Origin: a virus
Virus genome (UHGV): UHGV-0112180
Reading direction: 5' to 3' (one strand)
Length of the DNA stretch: 64,000 bases
Part shown: piece by piece, positions 28,551-38,273 of the stretch
How the letters are laid out: each line of letters begins with the position of its first letter
Position numbering within the stretch: position 1 is the stretch's first letter
Position numbers and translations under genes: made by a program
The notes under the pieces: model-generated
Told to the model about the DNA's origin: nothing
The model's database searches: none
Seen by the model: only the letters and a program-made list of their open reading frames with translations

Positions 28551-29045
28551 TTAAAACTTTTCGTACTGAAGCGGTGTACGCTTGATTTCAACGCGGTCTT
28601 CCGATGTACTACCAAAGCCACCAGCACCTCGCTCTGTTTCATCGAGTTCATCAACTTCTACCAGCGATACCGGTTCAACACGCTCAAAAATGCCTTGCAT
28701 GACAGCCATTCCAGGCTTGAGGCAAATGCCTTCCCCGCCGGGATCAGCAATCAGTTTTGCCATGATTTCACCGCGATAATCGGAGTCGATAATTCCTACG
28801 CAGTTAGCCAGGCGAGTATGTTTTTTGCAGCCCAATCCGGATCGTGGATAGAGTTTCAGACACCAGCCGGGCGGGATCTCCATAGCCAGTCCGGTATACA
28901 CCCACCAGCTTGAGGAAATTGCACCATTGCTATCGACGCATGGTTTTATTTCAACAGCCTCAAAATCCATCGCCGCCGATCCGGAGGTGGCATAAGCTGG
29001 AAGTTTTGCTGCCGGATGTAGGCGTTTCACTTTTACGTAAATCAT
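28551..29045 (-). CDS. dut: dUTP diphosphatase (dUTPase)
   Basis: Conserved dUTPase motifs RSGLG, GIIDSDYRGE, and C-terminal GAGGFGSTS. Confidence 0.8.
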   Translation of the reverse strand: MIYVKVKRLHPAAKLPAYATSGSAAMDFEAVEIKPCVDSNGAISSSWWVYTGLAMEIPPGWCLKLYPRSGLGCKKHTRLANCVGIIDSDYRGEIMAKLIADPGGEGICLKPGMAVMQGIFERVEPVSLVEVDELDETERGAGGFGSTSEDRVEIKRTPLQYEKF

Positions 29046-29518
29046 TGTTTTTTAGCTCTCTGCGTGAAGGTGTAAACCCGACGTTTGATATGTGGAACGG
29101 TAGGAACAGGAAGACAGGAACTTTCAATAACCCCTTGCTCCTCCAGCGATCGCACCGCCCGCAAGAACTGCGACGTGTCGCCGCCAAACTGGCGGGCATA
29201 GGTGCTGCCGTTAAGAAGTATTTGAGCTATTACCCGAGCTTTTGTCTGGCTGTCACGATATGCGAATAGCCGCACGGCCTCTTCTGGCGCAATCGCTAAC
29301 TGATAGCCTTTCCCGGCACGGTGTCGAATGAATCCATGCGCCAGTAGGTTTTTGAGTTCGTTACGAGTGCGAACAGATCCGTAATCCAGGAAGTGTGGAT
29401 TGATAACGACTGGCTTAAACCATTCCGTAGGTGCTTTAGATAATAGAGCTAACAGCTTCCCGGATAATTCTGGATAGGAAGACGGGTAACAATTCAGAGA
29501 TGGGTAATAAGTTTTCAC
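29042..29518 (-). CDS. Hypothetical protein
   Basis: 158-aa coupled ORF. Confidence 0.35.
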   Translation of the reverse strand: MKTYYPSLNCYPSSYPELSGKLLALLSKAPTEWFKPVVINPHFLDYGSVRTRNELKNLLAHGFIRHRAGKGYQLAIAPEEAVRLFAYRDSQTKARVIAQILLNGSTYARQFGGDTSQFLRAVRSLEEQGVIESSCLPVPTVPHIKRRVYTFTQRAKKQ

Positions 29519-29859
29519 CGACGCCCCCTTGCAGGATATCGACCTGCATTAGTATCCGGTGCAATAAAGCCGGTAGTGGGGCGAGTGAAAGCGAGATTAA
29601 TCTTCTCGACCATAGTGCGATAATTTTCCTGATAGTGGGCCAGGAGTTTTTCGGCGGCAATGATGGTTACTTTCCGGACGTAGCTTTCTGCTTCCTCCAG
29701 ATTTCGCCAGTTTTTTTCGAGGGTAAACACAGGGACGGCCTCAAGCCCGGTCATGATGCCGAACACAACGACAGCATGACTGTTCTTAACACCAGCGGCG
29801 AAGGTTACGGTGTAACCATCCACCTTGAAGCGTCTTGATTCCGTGATTTGACTCTGCAA
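29515..29859 (-). CDS. Hypothetical protein (P1 cra position, downstream of recombinase)
   Basis: 114-aa ORF. Confidence 0.3.
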   Translation of the reverse strand: MQSQITESRRFKVDGYTVTFAAGVKNSHAVVVFGIMTGLEAVPVFTLEKNWRNLEEAESYVRKVTIIAAEKLLAHYQENYRTMVEKINLAFTRPTTGFIAPDTNAGRYPARGRR

Positions 29860-29932
29860 AGCACCCTCCTAAATAGGCGAGGGTACTTTACAGCAAAGAC
29901 GTTAATCTAAAAAGATGTGTTAGAAATTTAAT

Positions 29933-30961
29933 TTACGAATCCATCAGGCGGCTATTAGCCCCCACAGACACGCCGCCACGGCGAAGATACCGCATAAGTG
30001 TTTCCGGTTTCTTCCAGGTTCCTTCCTGCATGATCTCCACCATAGACACCTGCTTTTCAGCCATATCAATAGCGGCCCCGACGCGTGCACTATGCCCGGT
30101 CCACGTCCGGTATCTTCCTTTGTTTGGCGTAGCATCTCTTTTATTCAGCAACACCCAGGCGTCGCTGAATATTTTCTCCATTGCAGGTGCAGTAAGGGGC
30201 GTTATCGTGATCCTGGCCTTATTGCTACGGTGTATCGGCGGGAACAGCACTGCGTCAGGATGTTCGCGAAGCCCGGAAACATCCAGCCAGTCATTCAGCA
30301 CAGCGGTAGTGCGACGGGAAAGCACCTTATCAAGCCCGGCGGCGGTCGTTATTGTCTTCGTGTGTGAAATATGTAGCGTGACAGTGTCACCTGTTTGGTC
30401 CAGATCTCCTACACGAATACGCGAGATTTCCGACATACGCATCAGCGTATTGTATGCAACAAAGAGAAAAGCCCGGTTGCGCAGGTCCACCAGCCGTTCT
30501 GACCTGGACAACAGGACGTCGAGCAGTTTCAGATCGTCCCACCGCAGCGGTATAGCCTGGCCTGTTCGTTCGCCTTTTTCCGTTGCCGCTTCACGCCGGA
30601 TGCGCCGCATAGCCAGAGAAACACTTTTATCATCCGAAAGTGGCGGAAGGCCACAATGCGAAAGCAGCATGTTAAGCATGGCGTAGTGCTTATCAATGGT
30701 GGTCGAAGCCAGATCAGCATCATGCAGCTGAAGAAAATACTCGCGGGCCATCTCTGGTGAGATCGGGAACCAGGCGAGCTGGCGAGCGTGACACCATCTC
30801 GCCCAGGAGTGAAACACTAACCGGAGATCGCGCAAAGTATTCGGCGCATAAGCCCCCTGGTCATTCATGAACCGCATAAAGTTTTCTGCGGCCTCCTGGT
30901 ACTCTTTGCCAATGTTGCGCAGAAAACCACCGGAGCTGCCAGAGATAATTAATTCACTCAT
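29933..30961 (-). CDS. dre: Cre-family tyrosine recombinase, Dre-like (phage D6 type)
   Basis: 342 aa; aligns to Cre over LSVCRSWAAWC/LVFHSWARWC, MRRIRKE/MRRIRRE, and catalytic region TWTGHSARVGAAIDMA...MRYLRR (Cre GHSARVGAARDMA...MNYIRN); adjacent rox-like site. Confidence 0.85.
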   Translation of the reverse strand: MSELIISGSSGGFLRNIGKEYQEAAENFMRFMNDQGAYAPNTLRDLRLVFHSWARWCHARQLAWFPISPEMAREYFLQLHDADLASTTIDKHYAMLNMLLSHCGLPPLSDDKSVSLAMRRIRREAATEKGERTGQAIPLRWDDLKLLDVLLSRSERLVDLRNRAFLFVAYNTLMRMSEISRIRVGDLDQTGDTVTLHISHTKTITTAAGLDKVLSRRTTAVLNDWLDVSGLREHPDAVLFPPIHRSNKARITITPLTAPAMEKIFSDAWVLLNKRDATPNKGRYRTWTGHSARVGAAIDMAEKQVSMVEIMQEGTWKKPETLMRYLRRGGVSVGANSRLMDS

Positions 30962-31113
30962 GAAACTATTTCACCTCTATATACAGATGACGCTACGCGA
31001 AAAATATAAAAATGACAGGGTAGCTATAAGTTAATTTTCAAAATACAACCCTTTGATTCGATGCACGTATTTTCAGTGATGTCAACACTGTTCATCTACA
31101 CATGATTATAGCC

Positions 31114-31145
31114 TAACTTTAAATAATGCCAATTATTTAAAGTTA
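31114..31145. other. rox-like recombination site (lox-family target of the Dre-like recombinase)
   Basis: TAACTTTAAATAAT-GCCA-ATTATTTAAAGTTA: perfect 14-bp inverted arms, 4-bp spacer, about 150 bp upstream of the recombinase gene; matches the rox site as remembered. Confidence 0.75.
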
Positions 31146-31355
31146 TAAAATGCCGATTTTTTTTAATCCATCATAGATTGATGATGACCAGTAACACGTT
31201 GCCTTCATGGTCTTTAATTTGCGAAGTGTGGTTTCTACGGTTGGTTTTCTAAAATTGATGACAAAAAATCACAGTTCGATCCTTTACTCACTCTGTTATT
31301 CGACATAAATTTGTCATAGTAATTTTATGTTAGAAAACTAAATCGAGTAGGAATA

Positions 31356-32393
31356 ATGAGTAAGAAGTCGATCGAGAAAGAGTACAAACGGTTCCTGCAA
31401 ACCGCTGAACGGTGGAAAGAGCTGGTGGTCGCAAACTCTGTTTTCCATGATACCAGTTATGCTGGCGAGGAATTCCGCCATGTTGCATTAACGCATGACC
31501 AAAACATATTAGAAGAAGCTGAAAAATGTCTTGCTGAATGGAAAGCCTTCGTTGACATGTGCCGCGATGCCGACGGCAAAGCGTCGAACATTGTTGAGTC
31601 TGTATATTCTCCGATCCCATTCATCATTGAGGACACCAATCAAAGCACGCATGTCGTTGTGCAAAGCGCTACAACAACACGTACATTTACACGTGAACAA
31701 TTGCTAAAAAAATACGACAAAATCATAAAGAAAAGCCTTAAAAATAGGGTTTTTTCTCAAATCGTAGGTGATCTTGAAGAAGAACAGCGCTTCTTTGAAG
31801 CTGAGCCTGAAGGCGAGATCTACCGGGCGCGTAAAGAGGCATATACAGATGTTGTGCTGACAACAAACATCGAAGGCAGCAATGCCCTTTCTCGCTTTAG
31901 AGTTGGCGCACATGGTGCATTGGTTTTCGCAAGACTACCGAAGACAACGATCCCCGTTGTCAATAATGTTGGTGAACGCCGGAGCATTACAATTTATTCT
32001 GGCGTCGAATCGGTACCTTGCAGCCTTCTCGGCGATTTTAACTTATATCGTGTTCGTGACCTGGAAAAACACCAGCCAAGCTATGTTGCGAAGTCGTACA
32101 TCTTAAGGAACATCGATATTCGCAATGAAAGCCTTAAGCAGAAATCCGCTAAGATGCTGGAGGATGCCGATCCGGCTATTCGCCATATCATTGAGCGTAA
32201 GATACGTACATCACGTGAAGCAATGGCAAGGCTGGATAAAATGGATCTGGAATTGTTAGACGTAATGATGGCCTCTGGAGACGACCTGACCGGCATTAAA
32301 CTGAATGAAGCTCGTAAAAAATACGGCAAAGCAATCGAAGAACGTTACGGATACACATTCCCCCAAACGCAGTACGCCGCGAAGCTCTGGTAA
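31356..32393 (+). CDS. Hypothetical protein at the P1 immC (c1) position
   Basis: 345-aa ORF convergent with pacB; two copies of the TTTCTAACA-type motif in its upstream region; no sequence-level confirmation. Confidence 0.35.
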   Translation: MSKKSIEKEYKRFLQTAERWKELVVANSVFHDTSYAGEEFRHVALTHDQNILEEAEKCLAEWKAFVDMCRDADGKASNIVESVYSPIPFIIEDTNQSTHVVVQSATTTRTFTREQLLKKYDKIIKKSLKNRVFSQIVGDLEEEQRFFEAEPEGEIYRARKEAYTDVVLTTNIEGSNALSRFRVGAHGALVFARLPKTTIPVVNNVGERRSITIYSGVESVPCSLLGDFNLYRVRDLEKHQPSYVAKSYILRNIDIRNESLKQKSAKMLEDADPAIRHIIERKIRTSREAMARLDKMDLELLDVMMASGDDLTGIKLNEARKKYGKAIEERYGYTFPQTQYAAKLW

Positions 32394-32401
32394 TCACAAC
32401 C

Positions 32402-32428
32402 GGCCCCGCATCGCGGGGCTTTATATAT
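32402..32428. terminator. Hairpin terminator between convergent genes
   Basis: CCGGCCCCGC-ATCG-CGGGGCTTTATAT. Confidence 0.45.
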
Positions 32429-33929
32429 CCAGATCCGGCATTTCGATATCCGCCAGAACCTGATCTCGGAAAGTTGCCATTTCGGCACCAATATCTTCAT
32501 TAGCAGGCACATAGTCCACCAGCATAGTGAAGCAGTAGGTATCCCATCGGTCAGGCGATTTGATGTTTAGCTTTTGCCGCATGTGCTCTTTGCGCATCAT
32601 CGCCATTTTCCCTTCTTCATTCAGTAAAAAGGGGATTTTTGACGCTTGCTCTGCCGTTTTAGGGTCACTGTCTATCCGCATACGCCCTGACTTTATGGCA
32701 TCACGCGCCATAATGTTTGCGTAGGCACGCTGATTAACAAATCGCTCCCTGTCTTTGTTCGCAAACATGGGTTTTCCCCACCGAATACGTACCGGGTTCG
32801 CACCACGACGCACCAACTGCGCACACGTATCAGAACCAAAACCATCAGCATCAACCGCGATTGTTATATTCGGGTATTTTTCCGGCGTACATTCGTTATA
32901 TATGAAGTCAGCAAAGGCCAATGGGTCCATAGTGCCAGGCATCTCCATTACCTTAAAGTTAACAACGCGCCGCTTATCCCTGTGACCTGATACCTTGCAG
33001 ATGTTGAGGACCGACTTATCTCGCCCATTACCAACGTCAGCCGTTGCCACCCATCCCCAGTTTTTCTCCAACAACACCTTGCGGCGAGCAGCGCGATCGC
33101 ATTCATCACGACCAAGCAAATAGCCGTTAATTTCTCGTGGGAACTGACCAAGCACCTTGACCATGTACTCAATAGAATCGCGCCCGCCATATTCCAGAAG
33201 CTTCTCCTTGATGAATTGTGGTGTGACGAACGGTGATTCTTCCGAGTTAAGAACAATTGCTGTCCAGATCCCTTTCGGGTTGTCTGGGGTTTTTGCTCGA
33301 GAATGGTGCGAATCGTAGAAATAACCACTTGGCCTTGTTGGCTGGGATAGCATCAACATCCGGTTATCTTCTTCAGTAAGAGCACCGGTCATTACGCCGA
33401 TCGCCTTATCAGATATACCAGATGCTTCATCCAGAATTAGAAGCAAATGTGCCGCGTGTTCCCCCGCCAGCGCTTCTTCGTTGCCGAGTCGATAACCTTT
33501 GCAGAGAACTTCCCAAATCCCCTTACGGGAGCGCTCATAAAACATGGTGTCAGAGAGGACAAAATAGGTCTGCAACCACCCATGACGCTTAACTGCATTC
33601 GCCCAATACTGTTTAACGTATTTGAATACGCCTGTTTTTACCTGGCCTATCTTGTTAGCAACAATGATGACACGGGCATCGGGGAACAGGATCATAAAAA
33701 TCAACAGCAACATCGCGGTAAGGGACGACTTCCCCGTTCCGTGTCCGGACGTGACGGTCGTCCTACTCCCCGTTTCCTGCACTGACTGAATGATCTGCTG
33801 CTGCTGGTGGGAGGGGAACATCCCAAAAATATCGACTACAGCCTGGGTAAAGTTGTAGCGGTATTTGATTACCATATCGCGCCAGCGTGGATCGCTGGTG
33901 ACGCATTTAATCTTGCGCCCGCCAGCCAT
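32421..33929 (-). CDS. pacB: Terminase large subunit (PacB-like)
   Basis: Walker A VTSGHGTGKS, Walker B-like LLLILDEASGI; size and position after pacA as in P1. Confidence 0.75.
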   Translation of the reverse strand: MAGGRKIKCVTSDPRWRDMVIKYRYNFTQAVVDIFGMFPSHQQQQIIQSVQETGSRTTVTSGHGTGKSSLTAMLLLIFMILFPDARVIIVANKIGQVKTGVFKYVKQYWANAVKRHGWLQTYFVLSDTMFYERSRKGIWEVLCKGYRLGNEEALAGEHAAHLLLILDEASGISDKAIGVMTGALTEEDNRMLMLSQPTRPSGYFYDSHHSRAKTPDNPKGIWTAIVLNSEESPFVTPQFIKEKLLEYGGRDSIEYMVKVLGQFPREINGYLLGRDECDRAARRKVLLEKNWGWVATADVGNGRDKSVLNICKVSGHRDKRRVVNFKVMEMPGTMDPLAFADFIYNECTPEKYPNITIAVDADGFGSDTCAQLVRRGANPVRIRWGKPMFANKDRERFVNQRAYANIMARDAIKSGRMRIDSDPKTAEQASKIPFLLNEEGKMAMMRKEHMRQKLNIKSPDRWDTYCFTMLVDYVPANEDIGAEMATFRDQVLADIEMPDLDI

Positions 33930-35293
33930 TAATCATCCTCCGGCGGTTCTATCGCGATATCATCATCTCCGGCGTCATACCCTGCATCAGATGCATCATA
34001 ATCACCGTAAATTTCAGCCGTTGCCGAAGGGTCAATATCCAGCTCTTCGTCGTTGGCCTCGAATTCTCCAGCTTTACGCTCGCCATTGCGGTCGTAATCT
34101 CCGCACCCCAATTCTTCAACAATGGTTGCCACATCCGCCCGGCGCTCTGCCAGCCATTGCGGATGGTTAGCCTGAAGCGTTGCAAACTCCCTTGCCTCTT
34201 TGTCCAGCTGTTCATCATCAACATCATTGACGTCAGAAACAGGTGGTTCGAGAAGAGTGATAGCTTTCGCCGCGCGCGCCGCGAGGATAGCCGGGACGCT
34301 GACACCCTGGCGCTCGATGTATTCAGCAACACCGATATCATCCAGTTCCTCGCGCTCACGCATACGTATAGCGGCGGCGATAACTCTGGCTGCGCGTGCG
34401 TCAGCGCCAATGCGATATTCAATCTCTTTGCCACGCTGTTCGGCCTGTAGGCGTGCTAATTCGAGTTTTTCTCTGGCCTCAGCCTCTTTGAATGCTTGCT
34501 GGCGAGCGCTCTGACGAAGCTTTTCATCCCCCTGTCGCAGCTTTTGTTCGGACTGATATATAGCTGCCAACCTACTGATAAAATCATTCATGTAGTAGGC
34601 CGCGTCACTGATTAGACCGAGAAGGCGCTGCCCAGGGTGCATTCCTTCTGGCTCTTTATCGCCCAAGGCGTCTATTTCCGCCTGTAGACGTTCGGCCTCC
34701 TGATCAACAATGCTTTGATACTGAAGTGCGCGCTCTTGCGCCATTTGAATTGCTAACCGCAGGTGTTCTTCTGCGCCGTTCTTCATCATATCGCGAGCCA
34801 CATTCGTAGTTGGCAATGTGGCACGCTGCACAGCACCGTCAGGGATCATTGCAGAAGATCCCTCAATTTTTGGGGCGTTTTTATCTTCTTCGGGGATCAT
34901 TTTCGCCATTTTTTCGCGCAATGATCTCCTGACGGATTCTTTTATCTCATTGTTATTATTTGAATTATTTTCATGATCCGAAGTTTTCTTTCTCGGCATA
35001 CTTCGGAAAGAACCTGCGCCCTGCGAATTGTCAATTTCTGTAAATTTTGTTTTTTCTGCACCCTCTTCCAGCTTTTTTGTTGCTCTTCCCGCCCGTTTTT
35101 TTTCAGGTGATTTGGTGCTTTTTTTTGTTGTCTTTACCTGCGACCGCACCTCATTTTTTTTCATATTGAGATGCTTTCTGGCTGTATTGAAGCTAAGGCC
35201 ATGCTCCTCACAGTATTCCTTTACAGTGATCCCTTTTTCTTCACGCAACGCTATAAAGCGGGCGCGGTGCTCCTCCCAATTAACCAGACTCAT
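33929..35293 (-). CDS. pacA: Terminase small subunit (PacA-like)
   Basis: N-terminal HTH-like segment (ITVKEYCEEHGLSFNTARKHL); coupled to pacB; GATC cluster inside 5' part. Confidence 0.55.
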   Translation of the reverse strand: MSLVNWEEHRARFIALREEKGITVKEYCEEHGLSFNTARKHLNMKKNEVRSQVKTTKKSTKSPEKKRAGRATKKLEEGAEKTKFTEIDNSQGAGSFRSMPRKKTSDHENNSNNNNEIKESVRRSLREKMAKMIPEEDKNAPKIEGSSAMIPDGAVQRATLPTTNVARDMMKNGAEEHLRLAIQMAQERALQYQSIVDQEAERLQAEIDALGDKEPEGMHPGQRLLGLISDAAYYMNDFISRLAAIYQSEQKLRQGDEKLRQSARQQAFKEAEAREKLELARLQAEQRGKEIEYRIGADARAARVIAAAIRMREREELDDIGVAEYIERQGVSVPAILAARAAKAITLLEPPVSDVNDVDDEQLDKEAREFATLQANHPQWLAERRADVATIVEELGCGDYDRNGERKAGEFEANDEELDIDPSATAEIYGDYDASDAGYDAGDDDIAIEPPEDD

Positions 35294-35682
35294 AAAGCAA
35301 CACCACGCTTTTTAACGGCGGCATTCCACAGCTTATTCGCCATGTCCACCAGCTCTCGTTGCTCTTTTCGCGCCTGTTCGACTGATTTCCTGCTACAGTT
35401 TTTAACCAGTAAACTGCCATATTCAGGGGTTCGCCCACGCACCTTGAACTGATATCCGTTCAGGCCATGCAACCAGTATTTTCGTGGGTAAACACGATCA
35501 TCAAGCTCACAGATTGCCCTGCTTGAACGAACAAAATGACGAATGATGTTAGTTACACTTACTCGTGAAACATGGAGATGAGGGTATTTTTCTTTGGCGA
35601 GAGTGGTAATTTCAGTGACTGTCAGATAGCAGTCAGCCCTGATCATGATATCCGCAATTTCTGCGCTGCTGATTTGTTCCAT
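35290..35682 (-). CDS. Hypothetical protein (P1 lpa position)
   Basis: 130-aa ORF overlapping pacA start by 4 nt; position only. Confidence 0.3.
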   Translation of the reverse strand: MEQISSAEIADIMIRADCYLTVTEITTLAKEKYPHLHVSRVSVTNIIRHFVRSSRAICELDDRVYPRKYWLHGLNGYQFKVRGRTPEYGSLLVKNCSRKSVEQARKEQRELVDMANKLWNAAVKKRGVAL

Positions 35683-35790
35683 TAATCCCCCGGGCAGGAA
35701 ATGACCGAGGGGATGATAATGAGAATGTTAAAACTGTATAGACTGGTAAAAAGATGATTGTATTAGAAAATTAATACTAAATATCTAATG

Positions 35791-36183
35791 CTACCAGCGA
35801 GACAAACGAACAACATGTTTCACTTTTGCGATCCACTGTCCGCGATAACTATTGATTACGGCCTGTGCCAGCTTCAAATTGGCTTCAAAATCAGCCTTAC
35901 TACCATCAGACTCCACCAGCATTCCTCCATCTATTTCTGGTAAACATAGATAATCCTGCTCAACCTGCAGCGGCATTGATGGCTCTCTGAATGGGGTTAC
36001 TTGCTCTGCTTTCCAGCGAAATCTAACCCTTATCCCCCTGGTGGTCATTACTAGATAGCCTGTTATAGTGCTTTTATGGCCCACATCAGTACGCGTGGCA
36101 TTGCATGACACGATCTTACAGTTAGCGATAGACCACTCCATATTGGTGGCCTGTTGAGTGCTTAATTTGGTAGTCCCGTACAT
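35791..36183 (-). CDS. Hypothetical protein
   Basis: 130-aa ORF. Confidence 0.3.
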   Translation of the reverse strand: MYGTTKLSTQQATNMEWSIANCKIVSCNATRTDVGHKSTITGYLVMTTRGIRVRFRWKAEQVTPFREPSMPLQVEQDYLCLPEIDGGMLVESDGSKADFEANLKLAQAVINSYRGQWIAKVKHVVRLSRW

Positions 36184-36758
36184 CAGAAAGCCTCCCAGTC
36201 AGTCGCGATAATATCCACACCAGTTGCAAACCAGTCTGTCTGCGCCTGTAAATCACCATTCATCATTACCAGGCGAGGCATCACCATCACATCGCACCCT
36301 TCCACAATATCGAATGCCTCTTCCGGCAAGAATTCGAAGAGCTTTTCTTTGCTGCCAATGCTGCCACGGAACATCGATATATAGCTCCCTTTAGGCCATG
36401 ATGTCCGCCGGGCATCAAGCCCTTTCATCATCCAGTAAAAAGCCGAGGAAAAAGGGATATTCTTTTTGCCAATGATTACATTATTCGCTTCTGTGTACTT
36501 CAGGAACTTAACTAACCTTACCATTGACTCGGATAACGCAACGTATGGCTCATGATTGATTGCTGACACGCTTACACCGTGCAATCCAACGCTTACCACT
36601 GTCATATCGCCGCTCTGTGCGGTTTCGATATTGACGCCTTTGCGAACTAATGAGGCGTAAAGTTCCTCTCGCTTTTGGGTCCAGCGTTCCCGCTTCCCTA
36701 TGAAGTCACTCAAAATGAGATCTTCTTCTGCATATGCGTTATCGTTCGCCATTAACAT
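36183..36758 (-). CDS. Protein with DUF2829-like (Tad2-like) C-terminal domain
   Basis: AFYWMMKGLDARRTSWPKGSYISMF...TDWFATGVDIIATDWEAF resembles the DUF2829 signature. Confidence 0.4.
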   Translation of the reverse strand: MLMANDNAYAEEDLILSDFIGKRERWTQKREELYASLVRKGVNIETAQSGDMTVVSVGLHGVSVSAINHEPYVALSESMVRLVKFLKYTEANNVIIGKKNIPFSSAFYWMMKGLDARRTSWPKGSYISMFRGSIGSKEKLFEFLPEEAFDIVEGCDVMVMPRLVMMNGDLQAQTDWFATGVDIIATDWEAF

Positions 36759-36962
36759 AACGTCTCCTTTTTACACGCGCGACCATCTCTCGGTTAAACC
36801 GATAGAGATGTCGAAACTTCGTATTAATTAAGGGTTACAGCCTGAGCGGCTATATGATGAATTGAAAGGAGTTGTGGCGGTGGTGCCTCCACCTGCCAGG
36901 TCAGCCACGCCCGGCGACGACACTTATCAGAACCTCAATGAATGAAAATGGCTTCGTCACGA

Positions 36963-37030
36963 GCGCATAGCCGCAATTACCACAACGGAAACGGCGCTCG
37001 CGTTAATTAAACGCCTTTTCCTGTTGTGCG
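36963..37030. repeat. Hairpin element, member of the ACAACGG...CCTGTTGTG family (unit R1)
   Basis: GCGCATAGCCGCAATTACCACAACGG...CCTTTTCCTGTTGTGCGCC; shares its 5' box with the unit at 38141. Confidence 0.35.
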
Positions 37031-37212
37031 CCGTACTCTTCCGGCTGTCACACCGAATCGCCAGGATGGTGAGTCCTCGGTCCGACGATATGAACGGGGC
37101 TTGCACATTCCGGCTACCTGGTTTGTTGCCTGAGCTAGGGGAAAAGGTAACCCCTTTAACGTCACCAGACCGCTAACGACGCATGTGCCAGACGCCGTGT
37201 TACAACCAAATA

Positions 37213-37288
37213 TGGTGGCCCCTACCGGACTTGAACCGGTGACCGTGCGATTATGAGTCGCCAGCTCTAACCACTGAGCTAAGGGGCC
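37213..37288 (-). tRNA. tRNA with CAU anticodon (Ile2/lysidine-type, ileX-like; Met not excluded)
   Basis: GGCCCCTTAGCTCAGTGGTTAGAGC...GACTCATAATC...GGTTCAAGTCCGGTAGGGGCCACCA; 7-bp acceptor stem, canonical D and T arms, encoded CCA. Confidence 0.8.
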
Positions 37289-37297
37289 AATTAGTTT

Positions 37298-37411
37298 TTA
37301 TTTTCGACGCCTGAGATTCTTCGCTACTTGTTCTACTCCGTATACGATCACAAGCAGAAATAGCAAAGACCATCCAGGGTTCTTATCAATATACGTCCAA
37401 AAATCCATCAT
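37298..37411 (-). CDS. Small membrane peptide (37 aa), tci-operon member
   Basis: MMDFWTYIDKNPGWSLLFLLVIVYGVEQVAKNLRRRK; start overlaps upstream stop (ATGA). Confidence 0.25.
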   Translation of the reverse strand: MMDFWTYIDKNPGWSLLFLLVIVYGVEQVAKNLRRRK

Positions 37412-37572
37412 GAGTTCCTGAACGCAGCTTTAATAATCGGCAATAGCAATACCACAGCTACTGAAACCAGTGCCCCATCAGCCAACACCGACATCACTTT
37501 GCTGGTGAAATCCACCAGCACGGACAAAACGAGAAAACCAATGGCGCACGCAATACGCGCCTTGCCAATCAT
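37408..37572 (-). CDS. Small membrane protein (54 aa), tci-operon member
   Basis: MIGKARIACAIGFLVLSVLVDFTSKVMSVLADGALVSVAVVLLLPIIKAAFRNS; start overlaps the TerB-like stop (TAATG). Confidence 0.35.
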   Translation of the reverse strand: MIGKARIACAIGFLVLSVLVDFTSKVMSVLADGALVSVAVVLLLPIIKAAFRNS

Positions 37573-38006
37573 TACAGATAATCTTCCACACGAAGGCCCA
37601 AACGACGGCCTACTTCTTCCAGTACTTTGTGTTCTGCTGGCTCGATTTCACCGTCCGCTTCTGCAATCGTCAGCATGTTAACGAATACTTCTTCCGCTTC
37701 TTTTGGATCATTTTTGATATCTTCAATTTCGCGAAGGATATTCATGCGACCAACACGGAAACCAGCTTCCAGTTGCTCAGTAAAACGGGTGATTGTTGCG
37801 GTAATTTCGTTGCCAAAATGACTTAAGCGAGGATTAGAGCGGACAAGCTGATCAAGTTTCGCTGTTTCTTCCTTTTCGATTTCACCATCTGCGGCAGACA
37901 CCAACAAACAGCCACCGATAATGGCCTCCATCAGATCGCGATTCTCAACCCTTTTCAGCTCTACTTTTGCTGAAGCGACTTTCTTACCGAAAAATTTACC
38001 GAACAT
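37572..38006 (-). CDS. TerB-family tellurite-resistance-like protein (P1 TciA analogue)
   Basis: Two AADGEI / AEADGEI TerB-type repeats in a 144-aa protein. Confidence 0.65.
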   Translation of the reverse strand: MFGKFFGKKVASAKVELKRVENRDLMEAIIGGCLLVSAADGEIEKEETAKLDQLVRSNPRLSHFGNEITATITRFTEQLEAGFRVGRMNILREIEDIKNDPKEAEEVFVNMLTIAEADGEIEPAEHKVLEEVGRRLGLRVEDYL

Positions 38007-38273
38007 TGGTTATCCCTCAATAAACATGACGTATTTATTAGGTTGCGGTGCCTGGTGCCTCCAGGTGACGTTAACCAGTTAACAATTAACGCCGGGATGT
38101 TTGACTTAACCACTAAGGAGGATTGTTTTAACTGTTCCGCGTGCGCATAGCCGCATTCACCGCAATGGTAAGAGCACTTGGCTGGCTGGGCGGCGATGAC
38201 GCCTGTACGCATTTGGTGATCCGGTTCTGCTTCCGGCATTCGCTTAATTAGCCAAATACTCTTAACGTTGCAC

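Noticed and set aside
31356-32393. Confident assignment of this ORF as the C1 repressor
   Set aside because: Only position and nearby operator-like motifs support it; I cannot confirm sequence similarity to P1 C1, so it stays hypothetical.
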